Assembly: GCF_000150275.1 (NCBI RefSeq) | Contig: NW_002060943.1 | Span: 2,919,302-2,983,301 of the forward strand | Source of the DNA: Trichoplax adhaerens | Lineage: Eukaryota; Animalia; Placozoa | DNA length: 64,000 nt | Direction: 5' to 3' | Shown: positions 15,206-28,944 of the stretch, one piece after another | Layout of the letters: each line of letters begins with the position of its first letter | How positions within the stretch are numbered: position 1 is the stretch's first letter | Made by a program: the position numbers and the translations under genes | The notes under the pieces: model-generated | What the model was told of the DNA's origin: nothing | Database searches by the model: none | The model's input: the letters and a program-made list of their open reading frames with translations, nothing else

Positions 15206-17474
15206 ATGCGTTCATGTTATAGTATAGCCATCGTTGTAGCTCTATTTTTTGCTCATGGATATGGTCTTTATTCTTTAGCGAACAATAAAAATTCCGAAGC
15301 CATCACCATCCGAGGAAATGGTAAAAGAGGATCGAAAAGCACTCATTACTTGTCATTTCACAATTTTACAAATGTTGATAAACTTGCCGACACTCTAGCT
15401 CAGCACGTTAATATAACCCATTTGACATTGGAAGACGGGCAACTGGGTCATCTTGGAGATCAAAACTGGCCAATTTTACCATTTCTAACTACGCTAGATA
15501 TCAGTCGTGTCCGATTTGAGGAAATTAACATAAAATGGCTATCTCAACTGCCTTCACTAACAGCTTTAACCGTCACCAATTGTCGACTCCAGCGCATTCC
15601 CAGTAGCCAATATCAAATCTTGCCAAGATTGAAATTTCTCAATTTGTCCCATAATCAAATCAAAAGGATTTTATGTCATGATTTACGATCCTATCCCGGT
15701 TTGCTGCAGTTAAATTTAGATTTTAACACAATATTCGATATTGGTAGCGACAACTGCTCTCGTAGTCTATTCCCTTCAGCATTGCGAAGGTTATCCTTAG
15801 CGGAAAACTCCTTTCAAGAGATTTCTATTTATGCCTTTGATGGTCTACATCAACTAGTTAGTTTAGATATTAGTTCTAATAAATTACAAACCTTCCGTCA
15901 AGGTACCTTTGAATCACTACCGGCTTTAAAATGGCTCAATTTCGCAAATCAGAAGATCAAGAATAACCAAGCTTTTCATTACAATCCCAAAATATTCAAA
16001 CCCTTTAATAGAAATACAGATTTGAATGTTACTATTCATCACATAGCCCAATGTAATTACTGTGACTTATTACTACAACTACAAAATTGGCTAATTGGTG
16101 TTCATCACCAGTACCAAATTTTAAACTACAGAAAAATTCAATGCCACTCTAGCAGTATTATTTATCCTAATCGATTAATTGTCTCTCTAGATGATCTAAA
16201 TCGCACTTGTTCAACTGATGATAATAATACTCCAAGCGTAAATAACAGAGGCGAAAATTGCTGGTCATTAATTTTCTTTTTCGTGGGTATCATTTTCATA
16301 GCCATGGTAATTATTATTTGCGTTCTGGTTTATGATCGATTTCTTAGACAAAGATCCTTGCGTAAATGTTCGAATAGTAGTTGTAGCTCAAATTTTGCTG
16401 CCCGGACTTCGTCTCAAGATGCAACCAATAGCAATACACCGTCGTTAACTAATTCAAGTGAAAATTTAAGAAGATGTCAATCGCTAAACACTGATGGCTA
16501 TATGGACGCAGCATCATCGGTAAATTCATGCCATATTAATGAAACCATAGATCTTCGTAATATGCCAAAAAAATTTCACTTGAGCGACGATATCCATTCT
16601 AAACTACAAGCACTTGGCGTGAATAATCCACAGATGGTCATTAATGAACTATTTAAATTAAGACAGCAAGATTCTGAAATGTTTATAAATGAACAAACAC
16701 AATCCATGAATAATGAAACATATAAGAAATCAAATCAACATAATGGAAGTAATATAAATTTGAAGGATGATGATGAGAGTGATTTAAGTAATGTTGATAT
16801 GGAAACCAAAGATCCGGATGCAGTTGTGGAGCCACACGATAAAAGAGGAAGTCTACCATATGACTGCCTACACCGGATGGTGATCGAGCAAGATCGTGAT
16901 TCAGATTGCGAGAATAATTTGCAAGGTAATAGTAAAATAGAGACGCCAATAAATACCTTAAAAATAGCTAATTTATGCATGATATTAATCAATAAATTAA
17001 GATAGTATCTAAGACTGCGTTTATAGATATTGACAGTGGGATGAAAAATGATTTGAAATGTTACTAATAATCCTATAGGTGAAACTAACACTATGAGTAA
17101 CCAACTAGCAGTAATGAATACAGAGAGTAATCAAAAAGAGTTGGCAGAAAAGGGAGAAAGTGATAATAATACAACATTGCTTAAGATATCGCCAGTAGAA
17201 ATGGAAGATACAGAAGGATGTCCTTCTCTTAAATTTACAACAGTCTCGAAAGAGCAAGCTTATGGACAAGTTAGTAATTTTTTATATGTATAATAATAAA
17301 ATATCATATCATGATAGTTCTAGGTATAGTAGAAAGTAAAGTGTTCTGTTTATTGATTAATTATATGTTGTTAAAGTTGAATGATAATTGACTTCAAAGA
17401 CTATTTATTGCCTTAATTATGGTGCTTTTCAGGTCGAAAATACAGTTCAGAAGATTCCAGTAATGAAAGTCTAG
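15206..17474 (+). CDS. Single-pass leucine-rich-repeat membrane receptor-like protein, ~650 aa, no TIR domain
   Basis: Signal peptide, about 8 LxxLxLxxN repeats, LRRCT-like cysteines (QCNYCDL...IQC...RTC), TM helix LIFFFVGIIFIAMVIIICVLVY and a long Ser/Asn/Asp-rich tail. Exons 15206-16925, 17079-17269, 17433-17474 join in frame (phases 1, 0), absorb the 17093 ORF and end ...IPVMKV*. Confidence 0.88.
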
Positions 17475-18809
17475 GCTAGAATTATAATTTAAACTTCCCT
17501 GACTCTAGTTGTAAGTTTATTGCGTTTTATTTTATTTCTATGATTGAAATGAAGTTTATATAAGATGTTACAAAGTTAAACATTAAACATTAAATACGAA
17601 TTCTACCCCTGCTTTAATTGGCAATTGACGATCTTATGACTGCCATTTTTCTAGGTTCAACAGCCTATCATCTATGTGAAAATGCAAGCTGCCATTACTT
17701 TGATTAGCTCATGAAAAGTCATACAAATGCAACTCTCTACTTGATTAGAAAATACCTAATAGTATCGTTAAAATGGGGATAATAATTCATATTGAATATT
17801 TCTTCATAGGAGATAATCATTTTTGACAATCTATATTTGAAAGAATAAATTTCAATCAACTCAAATCATGAGAATATTTTAATGGATAGATCGAATTGCT
17901 GATTTCTTAGTTATGATTTATTACAGTGAGCATCTTACATATTCTGTTAATTAAAACCAATTTCAATTGTTTTCTTGTCACTTTTGCGATTGGTACACTT
18001 GTAACATTAAATTTTGCTAATATTTGATATTTGATATTTGCTAACTATAGTGTAATTTAATGATTTGAAAATTGTAAAAGTTTCTTTTTAGTTGCTGTGA
18101 TACAAACTATGAGCTGTCGAAGGTTTATTTGACTTGATACGTGTAATTATTCTCTATAGAATTCCATGGTTTTATTTGGGATTCATATTTTAAAACGCAG
18201 TAGGCTACGTTTGTTTAGGGTATAAAAAAAGGTAAAATTATAGAATATAATTTATGTAATGATTTAAACTCAAATGTAGAGATTCAACGTCAGATTTTTG
18301 TTTCTAGTGATATGAATATAATTTTAATGGACCGGATTATTTCTATGAAATTCTATAATTGATTTAACACTTCAAGCCTGAAATAAAGTGCGGTTATCAT
18401 TATGTTCTCAATCAATATTAGGAAAAACAAATTAAAAGTATTCGTTAGATTCCTACGATATAAATTAATAGCGACTAACAATTATTGGCTTAATTCCTAC
18501 TATTATAGACCGGATTTTATAATAGCTACTTATCGATTATGAAGCGTGAACTTTAATATATAAAGTTATGCACATATAGCTAAATAAATTGTTCGTCTAA
18601 GTCTGTCATGATCATTTGGTGGCCTAGATTAATTATAAATTTCGAGGATACATACGATTACATGAATGAGTGCGCATAGATCATCGTAACCCAAAATTGT
18701 AAAGTAGCGATTGGTAGATGATTTTATAACTGACTTTATAGTCTATCAACCGTTCGAAATGACACCACATGTACTATTATAGCTATTCCTGTCTATAATT
18801 AATGCCTAC

Positions 18810-18975
18810 TTGGTATACCACTCTTTTTGCTTTAATTCCTTGGAAATTACTACCCTAAATAATCGACTATATGTACCACATTTTTTGCTTTCATTCCTGA
18901 AAATATGGCTCTGAATAATCGACTATGTATAACACTTTTTCAATTTAATTCCTTGAAAGTATTACCCTAAATTTG
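18810..18975. repeat. Tandem repeat, ~3 x 57 bp
   Basis: taccac-tttttgcttt-attcct-gaaa-tat-accctaaataatcgactat repeated three times with divergence. Confidence 0.7.
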
Positions 18976-19057
18976 ACATTGCCTCGGCTCAAAGCATTAT
19001 TACTGGTTTACGTGATTGATTGTCACCAGACACATATCTTTTTAATATGTAGCTTGT

Positions 19058-19385
19058 CGTGAAATATCTATCGCTTTCATCTCATCAACATTACATCATT
19101 GCGACTAATTGATATATTTAGCGGTTAAATTTATATTAATATATTATGATACGTATACTTTTTTATCATGTAATTCTGCAAATGAAATATCTATCGCTTT
19201 CATTATATCGTATAAATATACGGACTAATCGATATATTCAGGGGTCAAATTTATTTTAATATATGGCAATGCATATACTTGTTTATCACGTAATTAGTAA
19301 ATGAAATATCTGTCGCTTTCATCGTACCAAACTTGCAATACCTTGAATAATCGATATATTTAGCCGCCAAACTTATTTTAATGTT
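19058..19385. repeat. Tandem repeat, ~3 x 120 bp
   Basis: tgaaatatctatcgctttcat...taatcgatatattta-cgg-caaatttattttaat at about 19060, 19184 and 19302. Confidence 0.75.
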
Positions 19386-21244
19386 GTGCATTTTTTTCCA
19401 GGAAGTAGCCGAACACCTAGTAAAGGCATATATTAATGACTGGCTGTAGGTAATTATAGTACCGGCAGTACAGTAATTAATAGCTATTATTCATTAATTT
19501 TAAATTTTTTAATTTTTCTTGACATTATTTGCTGTAAAAAAATAATTTTTATCATTAATTTACAAAAAAGAAGAATGAATACGTAAACCCATAGAATTTA
19601 TTAAACTTTATAACTGTTCCATAATATATAAACATTCAATCCGGATGTTGTAGGCTGGGCTTCTCGGAAGACTAAATGCAGTTTAGGATATATATAACAT
19701 GAAGGTTATCAGGTATCATAACTTTACTACAGGTTTTGCACTGCTTGACACAATCTTGAAATTTTTGAAATTTAAGAATTCCGTTATGAATGATATTGCT
19801 AACTAAGAGTAGATGGCATTGCAGTAGCCCAATAAGTACGCAACTACAGGTTATAGATTTCAATTTTAGAATATTTTCGATAAATTTCTTTTAGCGCCGA
19901 TAAAAAATAAGTATAGGTTAGGTGTAAAGTACTGCAACTGATATGCGAGGCTAATTTCAGGAGTCATCGATATTTTAACAAGTATTAATAATCGCTGAAA
20001 AAATAAATTGCTAGTAAAATAATTACCGCATAAATATTACATTTCATACCAATAAGTAGTACTGACGTTTTAGAAATTGATCACGATTACGTATGGAGGT
20101 AGAGTGATACGCAGAATGATGTAATTAATTTGATGATAGCCGAAACTTTTCGAAATGGTTGATCATATTTTGCGATAAGATAAATTGTCTCTTAATTGCT
20201 AGATCATGAAGCCATCATAATTCACAGATGTACAGAAATGATTTTACTGTTGGAGTTTACTGCAACTCAAGTATCACCCTAATATCGTCTGATTTTTATC
20301 ATCTTGAATAATTAATTTGCTTTTACTTAAATTTTACTCCTTTAAAGCCAAAGTTAACAACAGCAGCTACCGTTTAATGAAATTTATCACAGCCATTGTA
20401 TAACATTGAATGTGTTAACGAAAGCTAAAATTAGATCGTGATAATCATTATAAATAGATTTTACATTTGCGCAAATCCTACTTATGCGGCTTGTTGGTTA
20501 GTTACTCACGAAAATCTGCTTCATTAGCAGTAAACAAAACTAAGGTATGGGAGGAATAATGATAAAAATTATATGTATGATACGGTGTAGCTAATATTAT
20601 GAACCTTTACGTGATTAATCACTTAGTTAGTGGGGTATTGTAACAATTGTTAAAATAACTTAAATATTCTAGGCGGTGGACATAATAATTAAACAACTTT
20701 AATAGTATAATTTTGATGGTATACACGTGTTCATGTTTATGACATTTTTCTATATTGATAATAATTAGAATTGATTAAGGACACCTTTCATATGTAATGA
20801 AAAGCTAGCTGTATCTTGTATATGGTATAACTAAGTCATCAATGACCAATTTTGAGAAATTGATAATAGCTGCGCATTGCATGACCGCGAATTGTAAGCA
20901 AGGCGTGCAACAGGAGATTTCCATCAGCTTGGTAAAGTACTGTAGTGGGTCTATTAGATCAAAGAATGGAAGTAGGAAGTAAAATCATTTTAGCTATACA
21001 TCTCGAATTCGAGTTTAGTATTTATTCTCATGCATAAACATAAATAATAATATAATCAGGTGATTGATTATTGTAAAATTTTATTTCTTTATTACGATAA
21101 TAGATATGTTCCGCATATGATTACTAATGGAAACATGTGGATGCAGATTGTAAATTGTAGATTATATTTTAAATATTAAGACGTAACTAGAATTTATAGT
21201 CATTTTAAGATAACGATAGCATATCGAATGATTTTTAATAACAT

Positions 21245-23065
21245 TTAATTACATCCATTAACTATAGCATCAACTGATAGCAATAATACTACCATATCGA
21301 TGTCATAATTCCAGGGTTTAACGGATATACTATCGTCTATTAAAATCGTTTTACTTGCATCTGTTACTTCATTCTGTAGCATCATCATGTAACTACTACC
21401 AACTTGAAATCCAAAGCATTGGCATCTTAACATTTCTTTTCGTAACTGGAAATTGTGTATATGGACTTTTGACATAGACTTAAATCTATTCTGTTTATAA
21501 ACAATAGCTGAACTTATCCTAATGGTTATCCATCCTTTATCCTCTTTTATCGATAGAACTCTACCTTTTATAACTGATCATGAAATAAGAGCATTGGCGT
21601 TACTAGTACTATCATCTCATTCTTATCTCAATATGAATATTTTTGTATCAAAGCTTACTTTTAATCTTTTAAATTATTGAAATAGTCTTACCGGAATCTG
21701 CTCGGCAGTAACTTTGTTTATTTATTCTCTGTCGGCTATAATCGCATGCTTTACAATCTAGAAAGGATAAAATGCATGTTTCTAAAAGTAACTAGTAGAT
21801 TTTACTGGCCTATCGTTACTTTGTCACTGTCAGTGGAACTGTGAATGTAATCTACGTTGTGAGAAATTGATTCATAAGACACTGTATCAAAGTATCTGCA
21901 GGGCCTATACATATTGACTACTACTGGGATTTAGTTCATTCATATCGGTGATAGATAATTTTCAATTAATTGTAAGTTCTTTCATGACTTACCTTTGAAA
22001 TAGTACGTCTCTTCTTTGCTTTGTATTCCTATGGAAGAGATACGTGCATTTGTAGTCAGTTTTAGAAATCAGTAGTATACTTATAAAATGAAAGATAATT
22101 TAGTTAGAACTGCAATTATAGCATATTAGTAAAATACTGAAATTTTCGATAGCATATTGGTAAATGAGAAATTATACAGTGGCAAATCAGTAATTTTCCC
22201 TGAAGAAGATTGAGTACATTATAATTTGTTTAATCAATTTAAATTTATCAGGCCTTTTTAAAGTTACCTGTAAAATTTTTTATTGGGATTCCAGGTTTCA
22301 AAAATCGTATTTCTAGCAGATTAGTTAATGCAAAATTTGAAAGTGGAAATTGATAGCAAGAAATATTTTAAATTGCAAATTATGCATCATAAAATTGGCA
22401 GTTACTTAATTTAGTAGCAAAAGTTATGCAGGCTTACTGATGCATGGTTGAACGGGTGCTGATGTTTTAAAATATCCATGATCACATTCATCACATTTTA
22501 AGCCAACAGAACCTTCTCTGCATTTGCACTGGGCCGTAGTTTGATCACAATTACTATTCAAAGAGCCATGAGGATTGCATTGGCATTCTACTCATATTTT
22601 TTTTAGTCGTCAATAATAGAAAATCATAATTAAAGGTTCTTCATTAATAAACTATGCGTATATTATCACGAAATATGCGTATGTAGATATTTAGAGTGAA
22701 AGTTTTATAATAGATATATTTATTAAAAAAAATTTTACTAATCTGATAAATAGTTTTTAAATGAGGATCAATCTTAATTACGTACTGTTACAAGGGGAAT
22801 CTAACTTTTCCGAAGGATGACGATAATAACCACTTTTGCATCGCTCACACTGGTCACCAGTAGTTCCATTTTGACAATCCACACAAATTGGCTGACTCAT
22901 ATTATCATAAGCAGATGATGGATAGAGATCTGTAATATTTGGCGTGCAATTCACTGCGTGCTCATGGCACTGGCATTTATTTATATCAGGTCGTGGAGGA
23001 GAGGCAAACACTGAAGTAAATAGTACTATAACTAACAAAATGATGAAAGTAGGGCAGTTTTCCAT
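21245..23065 (-). CDS. Secreted netrin-like protein, 301 aa: signal peptide + two laminin-EGF repeats (netrin LE2/LE3-like) + NTR/C345C domain; no laminin N-terminal domain
   Basis: Exons 23065-22786, 22587-22438, 22312-22268, 22028-21993, 21757-21692, 21573-21245 (all GT-AG, all phase 1, 906 nt). LE repeats CQCHEHAVNC...CERCKSGYYR and CQCNPHGSLNSNCDQTTAQCKC...PCIKI; NTR CKAC...INKQSYCRADSVIK...GW...VYKQ...CQC...SY...W...GC matches the netrin C-domain cysteine pattern. Confidence 0.88.
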
Positions 23066-25313
23066 TTTAGATTACTTTACTTATCCTAACCTTAGATTAA
23101 CTGATGTATGGCAATGAATCATATTATATACCTTCTGATATTCATTCAGTTCTATTGATGGAAATCAGTCGTATGCTATAGAAGGAAGTGATTATTTACG
23201 CCCCCTTTCTATGGAATAACGGTATAGATGATCATGCTGACGGTCAAAATGGCCTAAACAATGCCATCACACTATTTCACAATAGTCATGCTTGTCTTAT
23301 TTAGCGCTACTAATATAATCCTACATGATATCATCAATCCTCTAAGGTCCTTAAAAGTATACTACAGTCCCTAACGTTATAAATGAATTATCATGCTCAT
23401 GAAAGAATTGAATGCCACATTTTCTGATATTTTAGGTATGAAGATGACTCATGTTCTTATAAATAATAGATTATATTTAACTTATGACTTTTCTTTATTA
23501 AGGTAATTCTTGACTATAGATTACTCTAATTTCAGCGTAATTATTCTATTGATTGAATAATTTATTGTTTTCACCCTTATTAAAGCGATATAAACTATAT
23601 TTCCATGCCCATTATAAAAACCAAATTGTCCATTCACAGTATCAAATGGACACAGAACAAAATTCATTACAGTCTACTAAGTTCGCTAGCTCACCAAATT
23701 TAGATCAGATTTATTCACCATCAATCCATTTAGAGCATTACTGGTAATATTGTATTACTTAAATGCTGTAATATACAATTTATCCTTAAGCGTACTTGAC
23801 GAAGAGATGCATATATCCACGTAACAATGGCAATCAACGATGCCATATGCCTATATCTTAAAATAATGGATGAAATAGATTACTATCTTAACAGTTCTGA
23901 TAAATACTGACATCTTAAATTGTAGATTTTTACAATTTAGGTAAAAAAATAAAGATAACTGGCTCACACCATATTTTAACATAAAAAAAATCATAATGTC
24001 GCCTCTGTAGAGGAGAAATGTACACAGTAGAGAAAAGTTCGTACCATAGCTACGGTGCAAAACTCATGACACTACCGCGCAAAACTCAAAGTGCTCAAAG
24101 TTCTATTTAGGTATCACTTCTAAATTAGTTCTTCCAGTACAACTTCTATTTCGTTTAAAGTAAAGTTAAGCTTGTAGGAGGAGATGCTATTTGCGTATAA
24201 TTATCTTTGCAGCCTTTGAAATGGACGGAATTAAGAGATGCTGTATTTGGTATCAAGTTGAATGTTGATCTAGGATAGGTGAATTATTATTGCTTGCCAG
24301 TAAATATAAGATACAGAATCTGATTTAACGATTTCCCCTCCCCTTGTATTAGATCTTGTAGTAATAATGACAACAGTAAACTCTAGTCATTGTTACTACT
24401 TCTCTTTCTCAGAATTTAATAGCTAAACAATCAAGCACTTGATTAAGAATTTGCTGGCGATTAGTACAAATTATATTACCTTACCCTTCCGATTAGCATC
24501 ATTAATCATTCTTGTTTCCGACTCTGATTGCTTCAATAAATGAAGCGTCGATAGGAACGAAACACCTACAGTATACGGAGATTATTTTCAATTTCTTTTA
24601 TTTGGGCAATTAATTAATTATATATACATTTGACAAGCCGATTCATTGATTCTGTTTTATATCTTGTAAACGACTTCCCGCTGGGATCAGTGAATATTAC
24701 AATGCGACTCACCATATCATCCTGCATTTTTACTTTGTACCACCTGGGTATCAATACTGTATTAAGCTAATAAGTATATGTTGTACTGTTATTTTAAGCT
24801 ACATTCTATTCATATAGGTAGCAGTTTAATTATAGTTACAATCTTACAGAAAGTTTACTCCCATCATTAACGTGCACGCGCTTAGTATGGTAATGAACAG
24901 CTTATTGATTACGCTTCCGTATATTAATTATCTTCTTAATGATGATGTTGTACTAGTCACAGCTAGAGTCGAAATCGATGGCAGTTTGGTATTCCATGAA
25001 TGTGTAGGACATGGATCTGCTTATATTTTGTTATCATACTTCACAAACATTCTCAATTTTAAACAGCTTTTAAACCCAGCACGTTAAAATTTCGCTTAAT
25101 TTATCAAACACATCTACCACAAAGACATTTGTGAACGAACTCAGTTCTAGCAATGAATTACAGATCGGTGGCAATATGTCAGATAAGGTAATCAAATTCT
25201 AATGTGAAATGCTAAATCAAGAAGTATGCAGCACGTGCCTCAAGTAAATAGCAATGTGTCTAAGTCAAATATCCGGGCTCACGTCATTTCTCGACACTTG
25301 GTTCCTCTTTCGG

Positions 25314-25768
25314 ATCCCACCGCTGCCACCAATTGTCATAAACCAGCTTCGTGACAAGAGTAACGTAAAACAAATCTCGAAATTACTATAGTCTCCGGGA
25401 TTCAGTATCCCTACTCACAAGAATTTAGACGCCTTTGATTCTACGTTAAAACAGCTATACAATTGAGAACTGCTTTATTCAACTATCTGACGGGCTTATA
25501 TACCCTTCTACAGCAGCTAACATTCACAAGTCATCTTATAAAAATACTTGGGTGAGAACATCTACTAACTAGTTTTTCACAGTCGGACTACAATATGTCC
25601 ATTCACAGAATCATTTCAGTACACATTACAGCACAGCAATAAATTTACTGTAACACATTTATAATTAGAGTAATTCCTATTGTAAGTGACTAGTTGTAAT
25701 ATAATATCACTATATTATATTAACCAAATTTAGATATCTATTTCTTCACGGTAGTTCGTACCGTGACA
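25314..25768 (-). mobile_element. LTR (25768-25334, 435 bp) with tRNA-Leu primer-binding site; truncated Ty3/gypsy-type element
   Basis: Minus strand TGTCACGG...TATGACA with TATATAA and AATAAA, then AT and TGGTGGCAGCGGTGGGAT (25331-25314), complementary to the 3' end of tRNA-Leu(AAG/TAG). Homologous to 54110-54676. No gag/pol or second LTR recognised. Confidence 0.85.
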
Positions 25769-26428
25769 TATATGTGTAAGTACTAAATGAGTATAGCTTG
25801 GAAAGGTAGCCCGTTGAAAGATACATGTTAAGGGGTATTATCATACCAGCTAACTGCAAATTGGTAATTGGCATAAAGCTGATGTTGCTTAACAAGAATT
25901 ACTAGCTAGTCTATCAAGCAGTTTCCCTCTGTTGTCAACTACCTTCCAATCATAGTAGTCCTGTAGAGATTGAATAATGTCAGGCTTTATAATGATTCAT
26001 CAATTAGCTTGGATACAGTTTTCGTTTTAAAGCAAATCGGTAGCATATAGTGGACTTGATTTATTATTAATGGATGTCACGGTATTTTACGAGATAAAAA
26101 TTGCACATAACTTTAAAGGTCATCTTTAATTAAACTAACCCAAGTTAAACATATTTTATATCAATGAAGATTAATCATACCCGTATGACAGAAAAATGGG
26201 TTATAGCTTCCATAACTCAATACAAAATCAAGCACGCTATGATCAAAGATTATAAATGATGATTATGAACTAAAGTGTTGATAATGATAATATAATTGTA
26301 AAATCAGTAAGCAAATTGATAAAATATGATATAGCATAAAAGATACTCATTTAGGATTTATTCTTAGTCAGTATGGTCAGTTTAAACTAAATCGTCTAAA
26401 AGGTCAATAATGATTTCAGTTACAATTG

Positions 26429-28494
26429 TTAGGCCGATTTTAAAGCTTCGTAAAGTTCTGCCATATCAGTAGCAAACCATTTAGCTCCATTCTTGACTTT
26501 TTCTCTTACTACATTTCCTCCAAAGCCAATAAATGCGTCCTAATTTAAATATTTTGTCGCAAATAATTAACTTTACAGCACATGTAAAAAATGCCAACAC
26601 TTATATACTCGAGTGGCTAACTAGTGTAAAAGATCATAGAACTTTTACATGCCGATTGCAACACGTCAAGATTATCATTTAAAGTCAATACTTACAGCAG
26701 GTGGACATGCTTCCATATCAGTTGCACCGTCACCAATCATAACAACGCTTCATTTAAAATGATACTTAATTAATAAATATCGGTACTATTGTTTTAACGA
26801 GGAGAAGAGAAATGATAATGTTCGAGATGCATAAGTATTATTAAAGTACATACTTTTTATAGTTGTATAACGATTTTAGGTGTGCAACAACTCTCGGTTT
26901 TCCACCGGATTCAGAGGTCGGTTGAGATTCGTCAAATCCTGCGTATTCACCTAATTAATTGTGTTGTGTATCGTTTAGATCCATGCATAGCACAAGCACT
27001 TAAAAGAATCATAACTAGAGGATGATTAATAAATACTCGTACATTACGTAATCTATGAAGGATTGCAATTTTTGGTTACCGTTGTAGAAAAATAACAATC
27101 GATTTGCGAAAATGTTTTCGAAAGGTATATTTAAAACTGTGGCAACAGGTTCGATAATAGCTCGTAAACCGCCAGATACCAAGTAGACTTTAGTCCCTCG
27201 TTCTTGTAGCGTTCGAACAACGTCACTATTGACGTTAATAATATAATTAATTGGAGTAAACAGTTGATAAGCACTGGCCATAAGTACAGCCAGTATTAAT
27301 AGAAAATAATAATTAACATTTCTTTTATATTATTCATTTTTACGTCAAGCGCAAATAATTAATTCAACATTTTCAATTATTGACATACTGGGTGGAGCTG
27401 TGATAGTTCATGCAGTACTACACCGGATTTTTAGATGAGTATTGTTGATAATTATCATCTAACCTGAGACCTGGGGTTAACTGCGGAGGATTCGCTTCTA
27501 CAAATTTTTGCAGCTGTTGAAAGATCCAATGATTAATTACATAATATGCACGATTAATAAAGACAGTGCATTGATTGCGTGGATTAGGGAGTTAATCACA
27601 AATTGAGTTCTACTTTATCAATTTTTTTATTGCGTGGGGGGGGGGGGTAAATCTAATTCATGATAAAGAGTTCAATTTGTCAAGAGTATGGTGTCTTTGC
27701 AATGGTTGCATGAAAATTTCATCTACTACCGTATATAACTAAAACTTATGATTGTAACTTTATCATCAAGGCTATAGAGCTAGTCTGTCATAGTGCATTT
27801 ATTCCTATGGCAATGGATACTAAATAGACGACTTTATTTGATATCGTAGTTACAGTGAGTAAAATGAACATCGGTGGAATTGCGTGGTAACGCTTACAAT
27901 ATACGAGTGTACTGCACGCTATGAGTTTAGTATTCAAAATCCACTAATACCAGTCATTGTCAAATAGGATGGAGATCAATTAATAGGATAGTGATTATTC
28001 GTATTTACTTACAGTTTGTTGGTTGGGTTTAAAGATATCGAGCCTCTGCTTCAACGCTTCTCGAAAAGTGGTAGTGCCACCCATGGCTTTGTTCGTTCTG
28101 CAATGAAATGGGAATAATACTGAAAGGTTGATTATGCACGCCTGTAGTTAAACGCTATTTTAATCAATATTCAAATTGAATCGATTGGGCTAAAGTCAAC
28201 TAGAAGGTATTGGCTGTTTACAGTGTAATATAACGCGAGCAATCGATTAGTCTTGTTGATTAATATCCATTGAATAAGACTGATGATCGTGTAGAAAGTA
28301 TGAATGGAATGCTAAGACAAGACTATGGAAGTGCAGTATAGAAAGAAGGCTTACAAGTCTTTCACTTGCTCACCAACACCACAATAATCGGCTAACTTGT
28401 CCAATCCTTCATCAATACATACGGTACTATCCACATCAAAGCAGACAGCATCAGCTGCTTTCCAAACTTGAACCACTTCTTCTTTGGAACTCAT
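26429..28494 (-). CDS. PSPH: Phosphoserine phosphatase (HAD superfamily), 226 aa
   Basis: Exons 28494-28355, 28097-28013, 27513-27464, 27225-27080, 26950-26854, 26747-26696, 26539-26429 (681 nt, in frame). Motifs AVCFDVDST, LVSGG, SGGK, MIGDGATDMEACPPADAFIGFGGN. Confidence 0.97.
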
Positions 28495-28944
28495 GATGAT
28501 ATCGAGGATGAATTCTATGATGCAAACAGAACACTAAGATTATAAAAATATTGAATCTACTTGCGTAATCTATTCTATTCTATTCTTGAACCGAGGAGGC
28601 GTTGATGAAATAATTAGAATAACTATGCTATACTGGAGTACAAGTAGGATTGGTTAGCAGAATTCATAAGGTAAAGTCTAGTACAGTAGCTGAATAATAC
28701 AAAATGGATACAAAATGGATACAAAATGAACTCGTTGACGATAGACGATGATGATTTACAACTTCCATGTAGGCCAACGATGCCTCGTTCTCACCTTATC
28801 ACTATTGTGGATTATAATATAGCTGCAAATAGGAACGGGAAGGATAGGGTTGGATGTGGAAGCTTGGGAAAATATCATTCAAATGAGCCGGTCGGCAATG
28901 TGGTAAGATGAGGCATCATCAGCATGCGCATGGAGGACTCAGGA

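Noticed and set aside
16926-17005. Last 26 codons of the 599-aa ORF
   Set aside because: Most likely intron read-through; the donor at 16926 splices in frame to 17079.
16683-17091. Two antisense ORFs (88 and 118 aa)
   Set aside because: Shadows of the LRR-receptor coding strand.
18810-19385. Regularly spaced repeats as a CRISPR-like array
   Set aside because: Whole units are homologous with no unique spacers; eukaryotic context and no cas genes.
25311-25331. Apparent tRNA-Leu 3' end with CCA
   Set aside because: No tRNA body upstream; it directly adjoins an LTR end, so it is a primer-binding site.
26075-26190. TGTCACGG...TGACA segment resembling a tiny LTR
   Set aside because: Only 116 bp, no TSD, no internal similarity to the LTR family.
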